From: Tubiluchus corallicola
Taxonomy: Eukaryota > Animalia > Priapulida
Length of the DNA: 64,000 nucleotides
Assembly (NCBI GenBank): GCA_030141605.1
Contig: JAQGDQ010000477.1
Location: forward strand, 62,001-126,000
Direction of reading: 5' to 3'
Positions 1-14,492 of this stretch are shown here, piece after piece. How positions within the stretch are numbered: position 1 is the stretch's first letter; every line of letters begins with the position of its first letter. The notes under the pieces are model-generated. The model was not told where the DNA came from and did not search any database. It saw only the letters and a program-made list of their open reading frames with translations. Position numbers and translations under genes: made by a program.

Positions 1-420
1 TTATCGTGCCTAAGTACACAAAATGAGTTATTACCGTGCATAAGTACACATAATGAGTTATTACCGTGCATAAGTACACAAAATGAGTTATTACCGTGCT
101 TAAGTACACAAAATGAGTTATTATCGTGCCTAAGTACACAAAATGAGTTATTACCGTGCATAAGTACACATAATGAGTTATTACCGTGCATAAGTACACA
201 AAATGAGTTAGTACCGTTCTTAAGTACACAAAATGTGTTAGTACTGTGCTTAAGTACACAAAATGAGTTAGTACCGTTCTTAAGTACACAAAATGAGTTA
301 GTACCGTTCTTAAGTACATAAAATGAGTTAGTACCGTTCTTAAGTACACAAAATGAGTTAGTACTGTGCTTAAGTACACAAAATGAGTTAGTACTGTGCT
401 TAAGTACACAAAATGAGTTA
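1..420. repeat. 30-bp minisatellite, 14 copies visible (may extend left of the window)
   Basis: Unit (t/g)taccgtgcttaagtacacaaaatgagtta repeats with exact 30-bp periodicity. Confidence 0.97.
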
Positions 421-1290
421 AAACTGAAATATGCTAGAGATGCTGCAATACATAAATAAGACTTCGGTGACTGTGTACATCTACCTAAAGATTAATTTCC
501 AATCTTTACAGGTGCATTACATTCCAAAAAACTTAAAACCTATTAAACGAAATTATGAATGCATTATGGAATAAACATGATAAATAGCTCAATCGATGGC
601 CCAGTTACAAACATGCAAGAAACCTTTGAAACTTGATTGTTCTCAGGAAATTGAATTATATAAAATTTGATTTCGAGTACCTAGTTACAAAAATGATTAA
701 ATGTACTCAGGAAGATCCAAGTTGATAGACGCTTATCAAAGGCTTTACTTCGGTAGAATTTGTGGGTGGTCACAAAATGTGCTGCCTTTTTTTGCAAGGA
801 CGATGGAAATTCCTGCCACCCTTCAAATTTTCTGCGTTCTACAAATGATAACTGTTTTACTTACTGTACATATTATCTAGCATTCTGTAAAAAGTTCCCA
901 TGACGACCTTTCTTATAACAAGAACAGAAGTGTCCTCGTTTTCTTTCAACCAATTTTCTACAATCACTTTTTATGACTAGTTTTCTAGCCACTTTGTAAC
1001 TGGGCACTCATAACCAAATTTTATATAATTGAATTTTCTAAGAATATTCAAGTTTCTAGGTTTTCTTGTATTCTTGTAACTGGGTCACCGATTGCGCTAT
1101 TCCTCATCCTTATTCCATAATCCTTTCATAATTTCGTTTGATGGTTTTAAGTTTTTGGGATTTAATGCACTTTTTAGGACTGTATTTAAATCTTTAGGAC
1201 GACAAAATATAGACAGTAAGTTTGCTTATGTATCGTAGCAACTCTAACATACTTCAATTTTAACATATTTCGCATACTTAAGTACAATAC
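391..1290. mobile_element. Foldback/MITE-like element with long diverged inverted arms (~391-695 vs ~990-1290)
   Basis: Reverse-complement matches by eye: gttaaaactgaaatatgctagag vs rc of ctctaacatacttcaattttaac; gtgcattacattccaaaaaacttaaaacc vs rc of ggttttaagtttttgggatttaatgcac; ccagttacaa vs ttgtaactgg. The outer left end is obscured by the minisatellite and the window edge. Confidence 0.8.
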
Positions 1291-2143
1291 TTTTCATAAA
1301 AAGCGAATATTCTTTGTCAAAAGTTTCTTTCAAAGTATGGGTAATATTTCAAGCAAATTGGAAAGAGGTGAAGTGATGAAAGGGAAGGTCACGTGATCCA
1401 CTTGGCCACTCTTCGCTACAAATTACCTGCTCTTTACATTCACATCGCAAACACAGCGGAATTTGAATAAAATACCCGGCTTTACCTGAGTAAGAAAGCT
1501 CACCACCATTAACCCATTCATCCCGAGTCAAGTGAAATCGATCAGCAAATCATGAATACTTTAACAAGCCATGATTGCTGACGGTAAACCGAGTTAGCAA
1601 GTGTTGCTCATGGCTAGAGGCACAAGCGAAAACTCTCAGACAACTTATGACAAGCATTTCCGGTAGTTTTCGCTTTCTGAAGATCTAGATAAGGATTTTA
1701 AAAGGAAACAAGGTACCTAGTTAAAGAAAATTCAACGTGTCCTTAGGGAAAATTATACTCGGCGCACAGCTGTGAGCAGGTGTGCTAAGGACTTTTGCTC
1801 ACGCCCCATTGTAAACTGTTCGAACCAGTTTCAAAAAATAGCCGGATTTCACAAATTCGGCAAACTATTCCGTATCGCACACGTAGATAATCTGTCCGAA
1901 AAACTGCTGATTGTCAACAAACGAGCACAATATTAGCTTGATATGAGGAGGCATATAATTTGGCTTAGTTTTGGACGACAATGCCACATTTCATTGCTGA
2001 AACAACGAAGCTAATAAAAAAAATCGTTCCGTTTTCCCGTGTTCGTTGTATGGTACCTGTGGCTAGTCTGGTCGACGCGCATGCGCTGTGAAGCGCAGAA
2101 ATCATTTTTTATGAAAACTTGAAAACAAAAAGGCAGAACAATC

Positions 2144-2183
2144 ATGAATTACAGTAATGATGGTGATGATGATGATGGTGATG

Positions 2184-2266
<83 letters not shown>

Positions 2267-2370
2267 GATGGTGATGCTGATGAAGATGATGATAATGATG
2301 ATGATGATGAAGATGATGATGATGATGATGATGATGAAGATGATAATGAATTGAATTCAATATGTGTATA
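2144..2370. repeat. (GAT)n microsatellite with conserved flanks
   Basis: Long GAT/GGT run bounded by atgaattacagtaat and gaattgaattcaatatgtgtata. Confidence 0.95.
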
Positions 2371-2885
2371 ATATATGATCGCTGTAGGACTAATGTCAAA
2401 GCAATTTTAATTATTTCCTATACCATATGGGTTATCCAGGTGATAATATGTGTGAGTGTTTAGAGGGGAGGTAAACCGCAACTTCATCTGCTGTTTGAAT
2501 GTAAATTAGTAAATCGCATTAAAAGGGAAAATTTTGTAAGTGTTTTACACCATCCGGTTGTTAAATATAATTATATTAATTATATTAACTTGCCGAGATA
2601 ATTTGATGCTAATTAATTGTGTTAATATTTTGTTAGATAATTTTCTTTGGTCACTAATCTAACGGGAATTAAATAAGTTAGGTAATTGATACCAATGTTA
2701 GTCATGCACGATTATAATACAATACCAGCATAGAATTTCTTAAAAATGACGTGTAAATACTATTAAGTGTATAGTTGTTGTAGTTGCAGGTAATTAGTAG
2801 AGTTAGTGTTTTGTGCGTTTGTGTACGTGTAGCACTTTATGTTTCTTAATGAACTATATGGTGATTTTAGTGCTAAAATAAAAGG

Positions 2886-2956
2886 TGAATTGAATTCAAT
2901 ATATGTATAATGAATTACAGTAATGATGGTGATGATGATGGTGATGATGATGATGG

Positions 2957-3020
<64 letters not shown>

Positions 3021-3048
3021 GATGATGATGGTAATGATGGTGATGATC

Positions 3049-3122
<74 letters not shown>

Positions 3123-3190
3123 TTTAATTCAATATATGTATAATGAATTACAGTAATGATGATGATGATGATGATGGTGATGATGATGTA

Positions 3191-3274
<84 letters not shown>
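2886..3274. repeat. (GAT)n microsatellites in a tandem composite unit
   Basis: The linker gaatt(g/t)aattcaatatatgtataatgaattacagtaat precedes two successive (GAT)n runs. Confidence 0.95.
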
Positions 3275-3950
3275 TAGTACCTACTTAGCGAATTTAGTAC
3301 CGAAGTTATGACTAAACTCGGTGCAGTTTTCATATAATTAGCAAGACTAGGTGTGAAATACCACCATTATTGTTCATGATAGTTAATCTGCGAAACGTGA
3401 GCGAATATTCTCCTGAATTTACATAAGTGAAGCAGCTGTGACAGAATGTGACACAACTACATACAGACATACTGTGTCTATGATTCTCGGATGCTGCAGG
3501 CTCTGAGTGAGGATGTTTTAGTAAAAGAAAAACAACTTTATCCGCTCTGCCTCCATCTAACTAGTTAATTATGCAACTTTGTTTCTTCCTAATTTACCTA
3601 TCTCTTGATATGCACATCATAGACTCATTCAAATCATACAATTACTTCTTAATTAAGTTTATGGTCCTAAACAGGACAATTTCTTCTTCTAACTAACTTC
3701 TGGTAATTGCGGCATTAATTCTTGCTATTAGAATTTCATCGTGTGTGATCTAATAACTTATTTTTACAATTAAAAAGCCATAAGATCTTCCCTACACCAA
3801 TATTAATTACATATTCATAAATATAATTATAATAAAATCATAAAAAAGACAAAAACGAGTATCGCAATAACAACAACAGCAAAAGCAGGTACGCTAGTGA
3901 ATATGCAGTTACCACTTCCATTCTTGAAAAGCTTGAAAGGAAAGTGAATT

Positions 3951-4407
3951 TTAATGTATATCCCAACAAAACTACACACAAAGTTACTTTTCTTAAAACT
4001 GTTTCATAAACTTGCGCAATTACAAAGAAAAATTCTCAGTAATTTAAAATGTTAAAATGGCAAACATCACTGACTCACCTTCCCAGTGTGCACTACTGAC
4101 TCACCAAAAAACGTTTTTTTGATCTTACTGACAGGACAAAGTAATTCATACTTTTGCATAATTAGCAAAACATGTACCACGAATACTCTGATTATTTTTT
4201 CGAACATTTCGCAACGATATCTAAACTTTTTTCAAACGAAATCGTTAAAATAGCTGCACCTAACGATCTTCATGGGAGTTTAAATTTACAACTTTTATAC
4301 AGCGTTGCTGTTAATACAAGCTCTATATGCAATAAGACAGCAGTGAATAAGTAATACAGAATTTCAAGACAATTTTTATCTTTATGCAAATAAAGGAAGG
4401 ACTTTAA
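3951..4407 (+). mobile_element. Non-autonomous TTAA-flanked DNA transposon, family A (Kolobok-like), copy 1
   Basis: Starts ttaa-tgtatatccc and ends aggact-ttaa. Internal sequence (cactgactcaccttcccagtgtgcac, cgaatactctgattatttttt, gctgcacctaacgatc) recurs at ~15.3, 33.0, 38.3 and 54.8 kb. Confidence 0.75.
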
Positions 4408-5597
4408 AGATGTACGGTGGTGACTATGGTCGAAGTAAGTTACGTGTTGTGCTAAATTTTGCTAATGAAAAACACACTAGAGTTTTTTCATACAATTTCA
4501 TGATGATTAATTTTTCGAAACTGATCGAATATAAATCAACAAAGCACACGTCTTAATGTCGACAGCTGAGTTTTGGACTGACTATACAAAATACGCACCC
4601 TGGTGGTCTGTAAAGTGTGTCTTTACAAAGTGCCCAACCGCGCATACACAAGTAGTACGTTGAAGATGACAACGTCTTTGATATTTCAATCAAATTTAAA
4701 CCCGCACGAGACATTGGCAGCTCAGCGCTTTGGAAAAACTGTGAGGATCGGAATGCGTCTCAGGGAATCGTACGAAGGTCTCGTAAATTTTAATAGCCGC
4801 CCATCTTTTAGATACATAGATAGCCCGCGGCATTTGCCCAATAACTGCGACGCGTGCATTCGAAAAAAACGTAACTGCTTCCTGTCTCAGCGTGAGATCT
4901 TAAAATTTCTATGCCTCTGTCAGCAATCAAGACGTCTTCCACGTCTCGTCTCATTTATTCGACTTCATCAGTTTTTTACCACACGCCTTTGACTGGTGCA
5001 GAGCCGCAAGAAGGATGGGACACAATACGATGCTGCCCTTTCTCTCCCCTCTTCCAGGTTTCTACCACCTGCAAGTCGAGTTTTCTATACCGTCTGCGTG
5101 TTTCAAAGCAACCGGGTTAAGGCTATTTTCAAGCCTTTCTTCTGGTGCAAACTGTTTTTCTGAAAATCATCTTTGGAAAGTTACAAAAGAAGATAAACGT
5201 GTCGATCTTAAGACAGCTACGTAAAAATGGAAGTTTATTTTTCTTGTACCGAGCAGATCTTCGCTTGCTTACATAATGTTGATGCCACAGCGGAGAGGAA
5301 ACCCAATAAGTGGATCTGGTGGAGCTTTGAAACCATGTACAAACTATGACGTGACGTACACATGGGTCAACGAAATAATTACATGTATGTGGTATCTAAG
5401 CCTTTCAAACATTTGAAAATATATGAACATATTTACTTTTACATAATCCAAACTTTAGTTTTATGTAACCGTGAGATTCATTGGTCAAAATCGAAGCTAA
5501 AAACTGCATCTATTTTTTTTTGTTCCTCTATTTTTTTAATGACATATTTGTCATCTTTCACTTTTTCATTATCTACTTTTTTCTCTCTTTTTGGTAG

Positions 5598-5916
5598 TTC
5601 ATTGTCGTTATCGTCAACATCATTATCATCGTCATCATCATCATCATTATCATCATCACCAACATCAACACCATCGTCATCGTCATCGATATTCTTATCA
5701 CCACCATCAACAACACCGTGATCATCATCATCATCACCGACATCATCATCGCCGTCATCGTCACTGTCATCACATCGTCACCATCAGCACCACGATCACC
5801 ATCATCTTCACCATGATCATCATCAACACCGCCATCATCAACATCATCATCATCGTCGTCATTGTCTTCATCATTGTTATCGACATTATCGTCGCCATCG
5901 CTGTCGTCATCATCAT
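5598..5916. repeat. Degenerate (CAT/CGT)n low-complexity tract
   Basis: Trinucleotide periodicity; explains the His/Asp/Ser-rich ORFs. Confidence 0.9.
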
Positions 5917-7654
5917 AAGCAGTTACTAAAGAGCTAGCATTTTTACACATCGCATTTACTGATGACATTTCCATTAGTTTTCCTTTAATCAACTCAGATA
6001 CATAAAAAAAATTAATTACAATAAATTTCTTTTCCACGGCGTTTGATTCCAACTTTTCTCATTCCAGCATTCGAACTCTGCTTGCTACCGCCATGCATAA
6101 AGTGCTATCAGCTTAATATTTGTAATTTTAACGTTAAAATTATTATCCTGTTATCACGCCTGCCGAGGCAGGAGGTCTCAGGTTCGAATCCACAAAATCG
6201 TTTGCTTTTTGCAAAAATTCGGCATGGTTACGAGGCTGCAAAGGGACGGTTTGAATAGGAAACTATTTTCGTCGATTTTGCAACTTTGATGTAGCGAGGT
6301 GACCAGGTTAATTGATGAAGTTACCAATGGATATAATGTTTTAATTGATCATGAGAAATGGCGGTCAACACTCGGCCATAGTAACGTGATCATGAAGAAT
6401 TGCTGTGTCACTTTGGTCTTCTAATCCACTACATCATTATCTATGTCCGCCATAGAAAAACTACGCTCAAACATCTGCCTAATGAATTTCCGTAGAAATT
6501 ACTGCCTTCATTTACGTTTCTTCATTCGGCATCTATTTCTCACAGCGTCCTTCCATGATCGTAATTAGTGAGAATGTTCTCCGGACCTCACAGCACATTG
6601 GACACCTGCGTGAGTATCCTTCCCAGGGTCTGGCACCCGTACCAGCATGATGTGGGCTGACCGTTATTCAAATGCCATTCAATGCTTGCTATGCATGCAT
6701 GTATATTTTCCGTCGATTCTTTTTTTACAAATGAGCAAACTGCCCGCCACATCCGGATGATTTAACGATAAAAGCGGAAAGCCTGCAGCTAAGCAGCTAA
6801 ACCTCTGCAAATTCAAATATCCGTTTACCTGGTCCGAAAAAAATCTGTCAATTTAAGAGCTTAATCTAGCCGTTTTAATGTCAAACGTTTCACCGACATG
6901 TTAGATCTTGCAGCGGTGACTTTGAGTCCAGTTTAACAATCTTAGACGAATTTATCACGAATAAATTAGTTTCTTCTTGTAATCTGTATCTACCCCAGGC
7001 AAAACAGGTCAGGACCACCAATAAATAATGTGGACAGAAGGAATGAATTACCAGCCTTGGCGAATTTTAGTAATTTAAAAAACGACATCAGATCGATGCA
7101 AGCGGTAACTTTTTACACATTGGCTATCTGATTGCAGTAAATTTATATAGCCGTTGATTCACCGAAGGCTCTGTCGTGTAAAATTGGCCGTAGATTCGCC
7201 CCGCCACTTTGAATAGAACTCATCAATGAAACTCGTCATATGTATATTTGCGTGCGAAGTTGTTTAGACGCACCCGCAAGCGCAATATGACGTACAACCT
7301 TCGCCCGTTTTCTTACCTTGACGATAATTAGCATTCGACCAGCGGCAAGCAAAGCACGTGGCAAGCCATCAAATTGCGGCAGATGTTCAACACGCATTCC
7401 CTAGTCGGCGGGACGTTGCTTTCTTGTTGCCACCAGGCGGCGGGATGTGCGCACGTTGCTTTCTTGTTGCCACCGGGGGACGTAAAATGAGAAAAATTAA
7501 AGGAGCCGAATGAACACAAGGTGGATGTGCAGTTCAAATGCTTATAAATCTCCCGAAACGTAACATTAATGCTTCTGTTTAAAGTCTGTTTTAGGCCAAA
7601 GAGCTGAACTTACGTAACTTTAAAATTTATCATGACATTATCGCCAGCATCAGG

Positions 7655-8058
7655 ATCATTATCATCGTCATCGTCATTATCATCATCACCATTATCAACA
7701 ACAACAACAACAACATCATCATCATCATCGTCATCGTCGTCATCATCACCATCGCTGTCGTCATCGTTGCAGTCAATATCATTGCCTGATCGTCATCATT
7801 ATTATCATTGTTATCATCATCATCATCATCGTCATCATCATCGTCGTCGTCGTCACCATCAGCATCATCACCATTATCAACAACAACAACAACATCATCA
7901 TCATCAACGTCGTCGTCATCGTCATCATCATCAACATCGCTGTCGTCATCGTTGCAGTCAATATCATTGCCTGATCGTCATCATTATTATCATTGTTATC
8001 ATCATCATCATCAACATTATCGTCATCATCGTCGTCGTCATCAACATCAGCAACATCA
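7655..8058. repeat. Degenerate (CAT)n tract with an internal ~185-bp duplication
   Basis: cgctgtcgtcatcgttgcagtcaatatcattgcctgatcgtcatcattattatcattg occurs at ~7753 and ~7938. Confidence 0.9.
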
Positions 8059-9458
8059 AACAAGAGAGACTAGAAAATTCTAAGCATTTTATAGATAACC
8101 AAAGTGACTAATGAGCAAACTTCTTAAATTTTATTTTGTTTCTGTCGTTTGCAGCTACAACTGATGAATGAATTGGTCAGCACATTCATGTATTTTGGTA
8201 TTCCCGCCTCCAATGTATCTTCTACAACCTATGTATGTTTAAATGAAGATGCTTTGAATGAAAACTATGAATTTTTAACGATGAAAGTGAACAGGCTTCA
8301 GAACGTATGAACTTTTCTATTGACAATATGTTCATTTAGTTTGCTTACATATTGTGTATTCAAAATTACTTAGTTAATAGAATTCACTTGGCATATACAT
8401 TACATTACAATGACATACATACAGCAAAACTACAACAAAATACAAAAGTACAAAACTATTACATTACAGGTAAAGTAGGCAAAAAACGCGCAACAAATAG
8501 CAAATATATATAATTTTAGTATATATACAGTTAGATATAATAAACAATATTGTCGATATTTACATTTTAGTACTATTTATTCTTTTTTAAAACTATTAAA
8601 AATGTAATTGACGGCTGTTTTGGTTATATGGCAGTCGCTAGCCACCCCCCCCCCCCAATGCGAATTTTCATTTTTCGTTTTCGTTTTCGTTCAAGTTAAC
8701 GAAATTGCTCTTGATGACTGTTATATCAAAATAAAAAGTTTGTCTTGACCGGTTGTAGAAGCAATAAAACAAAAAATGAATTTCGTCATCTACCTGTGAC
8801 ATGCATGTGACATAAAGTGACGTTCACACCTGTTTGCTTAAATTAAAACACTATTTACATGCAATGTCCTGACTTTTGTCAGTCCAACTAAATAATTAAT
8901 AACTAATATAGATCAGTTCGATGGAGCGTTTTATAGTGAGAGGGGGGCAATAAAAACGCCATCACGCCCCACCTCAGTAACAGCTGCTGTCTCTTTAACA
9001 CATGGCGACTACTCAAAGAAGCAAACATTCTCGAAAATTTATGGAACTTTCTACCTGTTAGTAGACATAGCAGAGTTTTAGATACACCGGTTGCTTCCAT
9101 TGTGGCAGGTATGTTGTCTCTCTATCGAGATGCATCCAAGCACGCATCCGGCTGGTTGAGAACGTTCGCACGCCTTGCCATCTTAAGAAATCCAAAGATC
9201 GTCCCAAGTGAAACAGGTGGTTAAGGAAAACGCTTACTTGTTCTTTCTTAGCTTCTGTTGGCAGGCGTCTGAACTATTTTCAGTCTTCCTGTCTTGGATA
9301 GACAAGCACGTTGGAATATATCACTACCTGACTTACCTTACTTTACCTATAAACACCCACGTGTTTGTAATAAAGTAATAAATTGTAATAAAATTGTAAG
9401 TAATGAATTACTTACTTGTGTGTTATTTTTATATGAAGTTGAGTAAAATTGTGAGCAG

Positions 9459-9745
9459 GTGTGTGTGTGTGTGTGTGTGCGCGCGTGCGTGCTGTGTGTG
9501 TGTGAGTGCGTGTGTGTGTGTGTGCGTGTGTGTGCACGCACGCGTGTGTGTGTTTATGTGTGCGTGCGTGTGTGTGTGTGTGTGTGTGTGAGTGCGTGTG
9601 TGTGTGTGTGCACACGCGCGTGTGTGTGCGTGTGTGAGTGCGTGTGTGTGTGTGTGCGCGCACGCGTGTGTGTGCGTGGGTGCGTGCGTGTGTGTGTTTA
9701 TGTGTGCGTGCGTGTGTGTGCGTGCGTGCGTGGGTGCGTGGGTGT
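9459..9745. repeat. Interrupted (GT)n/(GC)n alternating purine-pyrimidine microsatellite
   Basis: Direct inspection. Confidence 0.95.
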
Positions 9746-11059
9746 TTTTGCGTAGTTTATGTATATAAACATATTCTTAAATATTTGGGCACACTACGAG
9801 CTGTGCGGAACTCGGCATTAAACAGCAGGACCTCCTTTACGCAATGGTAATGGCGAAACTACAACGACTATTGAATCCAGACTGTTACTCACGGAACCAC
9901 TTAGCTATACAGCCACCTCAAATTTGCATGCGCAAACATGCATAATTACATGTATATATAGACATCTTTGTGCGCGCGTGTGTCCATTTGAATGCGTATA
10001 AGAATTTAAACATTATATGTAAAGTCACAACTTAAATCTTGTCAGCAAAATGTTTTAGGCTTTTTGTTAAGCAGTCAGGAAAGTAAGTAGAATTTAAAAA
10101 GTAAACACGAAATTCAACAAGACACGATCTCACAGCTCAGGTTAATACAATAATCGTTTGTCTGATCCGTATAAAGTTTTAGTGTCACGTACAAACATCT
10201 TATAGAGGTAAATTATACGATTATCATGGGGAGAATGCATACCGACGCTAGAACAAAATTTGTATCTTGAAAATTAAAAACTATTAAATGTAAATATTTG
10301 TATATAGTCCTAATAAGTAAGTATCAAATATACTCATTTATCTGCCTGCATAATTGCTTTGTTTTTCTCATAATTTTATCAAACATACAAATCATTCTCG
10401 CTTGTTTTCTTGCACCCAATTTTGGATACGCCTTGAAACTTTATGACATAATAAAGCTAATAAACTTCGCGTCTGCACTTGTTATCTTAGACAAGATTAT
10501 CTAAAAATTTCAAAACTGATCACATTTCCTCACCAAGATCTTATACGTAGCTGCAATTTGCCCTTTTAATCTCTAAAAAACGAACTAGAGCAGCGTAAGA
10601 AGGTATGATAGGTCAGGTTGTAGCCAAGCTAACCCTCATACTGGACAGGTGTTCCTTCTGAAAAGAGGAGTTTACCTTTCTTGCGAAAATAAAACAGAAC
10701 CAGTTCAGGATTTATTTTCGAACAGATATCGCCTGTTGGTGATGCTTGGCAATTTAAGAGGGATTTTAGCTTTATTGAGCTTTAGAAATTTAGTCCTGCT
10801 GTTTGGCGCAAGAGAAGGTCTACGACTGTTGATGTACACGCCCACTTTTCTTATACGTTTGAATGTTGCCAATATTTAACAAAAAAGCAGCTTGGACGCC
10901 TGTTTTCTTTTCACAGCCACAGGAAATTATAGAAACAGATTAACTGAAGAGTACATGCAGTTGAGTTCATTTCACTCACAGTTTATTGTACACCAGAAAC
11001 GTGCTATGCTTAGCGTAAACAGCAATTCTTACTACATCAGTCACTTAGGTTACCTGAAT

Positions 11060-11604
11060 TTACCTACCTTACCTTACCTTACCTTACCTTACCTTACCTT
11101 ACTTTACCTTACCTTATCTTATCTTACTTTACCTTACCTTACCTTACCTTACCTTACCTTACCTTACTTTACCTTACCTTACCTTACCTTACCTTACCTT
11201 ACCTTACCTTGCCTTGCCTGACCTGACCTTACCTTACCTTACCTTACCTTACCTTACCTTACCTTACCTTACCTTACCTTACCTTACCTTACCTTACCTT
11301 ACCTTACCTTACCTTACCTTGCCTTACCTGACCTTACCTGACCTTACCTTATTGCCTTATCTTACCTTACCTTACCTTACCTTACCTTAACTAACCTTAA
11401 CCTTACCTTACCTTACCTTACCTTAACTTAACTTAACTTAACTTAACTTAACTTAACTTAACTTAACTTAACTTAACTTAACTTAACTTAACTTAACTTA
11501 ACTTAACTTAACTTAACTTAACTTAACTTAACTTAACTTACTTAACTTAATGTAACGCAACGTAACGTAACGTAACGTGACGTGACGTAACTTAACTTAA
11601 CTTA
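11060..11604. repeat. Compound pentanucleotide microsatellite (CCTTA)n-(ACTTA)n-(ACGTA/ACGTG)n
   Basis: Direct inspection; the unit changes stepwise along the array. Confidence 0.95.
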
Positions 11605-11618
11605 TGTTTGGCAGACAC

Positions 11619-11666
11619 GGAATCCCTATCCAAGTGCTAACCAGAGCTTGCAAAACATAACTTCGC
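11619..11666 (-). mobile_element. Degenerate 5S rRNA-derived fragment (SINE3-like head)
   Basis: Minus strand cgaagttatgttttgcaagctctggttagcacttggataggga aligns with the 5S segment cgaagttaagcaacg...cggttagtacttggatgggtga (A-box/IE/C-box). Confidence 0.5.
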
Positions 11667-12637
11667 AAAGTTGCTTCTAAATACATGTTAGATTAATGTT
11701 AATACACCGACTATCACTCAAACACCTTTACATAATTATCATTCTCATAATACATTAAACTCGAAACTTTGTAGTTTATAAATTATCTTGATTTATAACT
11801 AGCAATAAATCACCGTTTTGCTTGAGGTGCAAGATTTAAATTACAATAACATGCCTGCCCTACAAAGACCTAGTAACTCGTAGTATTCCATTTGCACCTC
11901 GAAAATGAAGATGTACCAGTCTAACTGGACAAGACATCCCAGCCCCCCCCCCTGTGCTGACCAAAAGGCCACTGACACCATTTATATTTATATAAAATCC
12001 TGATTTAATCGATAGTCTCTGGAGTAAGCCAAAATACACATGAGATTTGCCGTTTCAAGAAAAGATCAACAGAAGAACTACATGAGCATTTCTCTTTTGA
12101 TCGGGTTACTTCTCCGGAGGCGACCGATCATTTACCTTTGGCCCCTTCACGTAATTACAACAACGTTTACTTTCCAATGATTTAGTGGATTAGATGTTTC
12201 GGTTATTTTTAGATCTATGAAACTTGTCACAGTCAGACATTTTTCTCGACGTGTAAGTAGGTTTTCTAGAAGATTAATGTTCGAATAGTAAGTCACTCTT
12301 AAAAAAAATAGCGTAATGGATGCGAAGAGTGGTTTCATCCTTTTGACAAGATTATCTGCTATTACTCCAAAGGTTCACAACTACACTCCTTTGCAACCTA
12401 ATTTAGTTTTTTCATCATTTAGTTCAAAACGATATTCGATTTTATCCAAAATGTGCATCCAAAACAGACGATGCATGCGTAATAAAAAAGTTTTATTTCA
12501 GTTTTTCTAAGAAATGAACTACTTCAAAGCGCGAGGCTAAAATTAGCCTGCATAAGCGGTACCTCACGTCATACTGTACTTTTATTCGACTTGACATATT
12601 GTTCTGTTATTAGACAGACAGACGGACGAATAAATAA

Positions 12638-12700
12638 AGAGAGAGGAAGAGAAAGAGAGAGAGAAAGAAAGAAAGACAGCGAGAGCGAGAGAGAGAGAGA

Positions 12701-12741
<41 letters not shown>

Positions 12742-12751
12742 AGGGGGAGAG

Positions 12752-12847
<96 letters not shown>

Positions 12848-12853
12848 AAAAAA

Positions 12854-12894
<41 letters not shown>

Positions 12895-12912
12895 CCGAGC
12901 GTGAGAGAGACA
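12638..12912. repeat. (AG)n microsatellites flanking a ~50-nt poly(A)
   Basis: Direct inspection; poly(A) at ~12796-12845. Confidence 0.95.
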
Positions 12913-13173
12913 GAAATGGCGGCTTAAAAAGAAACGAGACAAAGCAAAAGGAAAAAGAGAGCAACAAAGAAAAGAAGGAACGAAAGAAAGACGGATAAAA
13001 AGAAATAAAGAGAAAGGAAAGAAAGACAAAGAGAGAATAATGATTGAAATTCTTAATTCACATTTTATTATAATTTTCTCTTAACAGCTTTTTAGAGGGC
13101 GAGTCAACCAATGTCAAGATCAAAAATTGAGATATTTTTCTGTTGTTTAGATATTTAGATGGGCCTACATATG

Positions 13174-13298
<125 letters not shown>

Positions 13299-14167
13299 CT
13301 CTCAACAATACAGCCAATGTTTTTATTGCCAAATTAAATATTTTCGAATCATACTTAACTCGCATAATCGTCGCAGTTCTTTAGAGGCCCACGTGCAAGA
13401 TACTCCCTACCTAATTGAACGGCAAGTGATAAGTTAAATTTCAAAACTTCTTGTTATAACTTTCAACTAAGAAGCGAATGCCTTTCTGAATAAAGTATCA
13501 ACATATAACACATCAGTAATTATATAAACGTGATTACATAATCATATTATATAATTATAATTTTAATATAATTATATAATTATAAATAAATTGTAAAATT
13601 ATATTACAACTTGTACGTACGCCAAGCATTTAAAGAACATTATACCGAACATAACCAATATTTATTACACTGCTAAATAAACACATACTTTAGCAAATTA
13701 CTATCGTCAAATGAACGCCAGTGCTATAAAACATCTTGTAACATGCTGTATTTATTCATATTATCATTCCGAGTTTCTGATTAAGATTGTTTAGAACTAA
13801 ACAAACAGTTAATATTTACAACTACTTCCCTATACACTTGTGTTATCACGTGTATCGGTAAGTTCCTAGTGTTCGTAACAGGTAATGCATTGAATACACG
13901 TGTTTAAGAAGGTAAGATTGCTCTTCAATGCAAGCGACCACTTTATTGATTAGCGACAGTCGGTACCTTTGCTTTATCAGGGGTATCAATAAAAATAGTG
14001 TTTAGTTGTTTACTAACACGGCTATACATTATGAATAGCAGGAGAAAGAGTTAATTTCATAATAACTGGGCGATCAGCTGCAGGTGAGATAGAGTCCAGA
14101 GCACGAAGGATAAAAATGTAATTAAATAAAAAGAGCTGAATTTCAGAGTAATAAAATATAATTGGAG

Positions 14168-14185
14168 TCTCTTTTCCTCTCCACT

Positions 14186-14217
<32 letters not shown>

Positions 14218-14236
14218 GGTCTCTCTCTCTCTCTCT

Positions 14237-14280
<44 letters not shown>

Positions 14281-14355
14281 CTCTCTTTCTCTCTCTCTCT
14301 TTCTCTCTCTCTCTTTCTTTGTCACTCTCTCCTTCTCTGTCTGTCTCTCTCTCTC

Positions 14356-14447
<92 letters not shown>

Positions 14448-14461
14448 TCTCATTCTCTCTT

Positions 14462-14492
<31 letters not shown>

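Noticed and set aside
1-420. CRISPR-like appearance of the regular 30-bp array (also the 22-, 39- and 45-bp arrays)
   Set aside because: Units are head-to-tail with no unique spacers, there are no cas genes, and the context is eukaryotic.
6170-6195. GGTTCGAATCC B-box (similar at ~41277 and ~50450 minus) as tRNA genes
   Set aside because: No cloverleaf or clear A-box; at most decayed tRNA-SINE heads.
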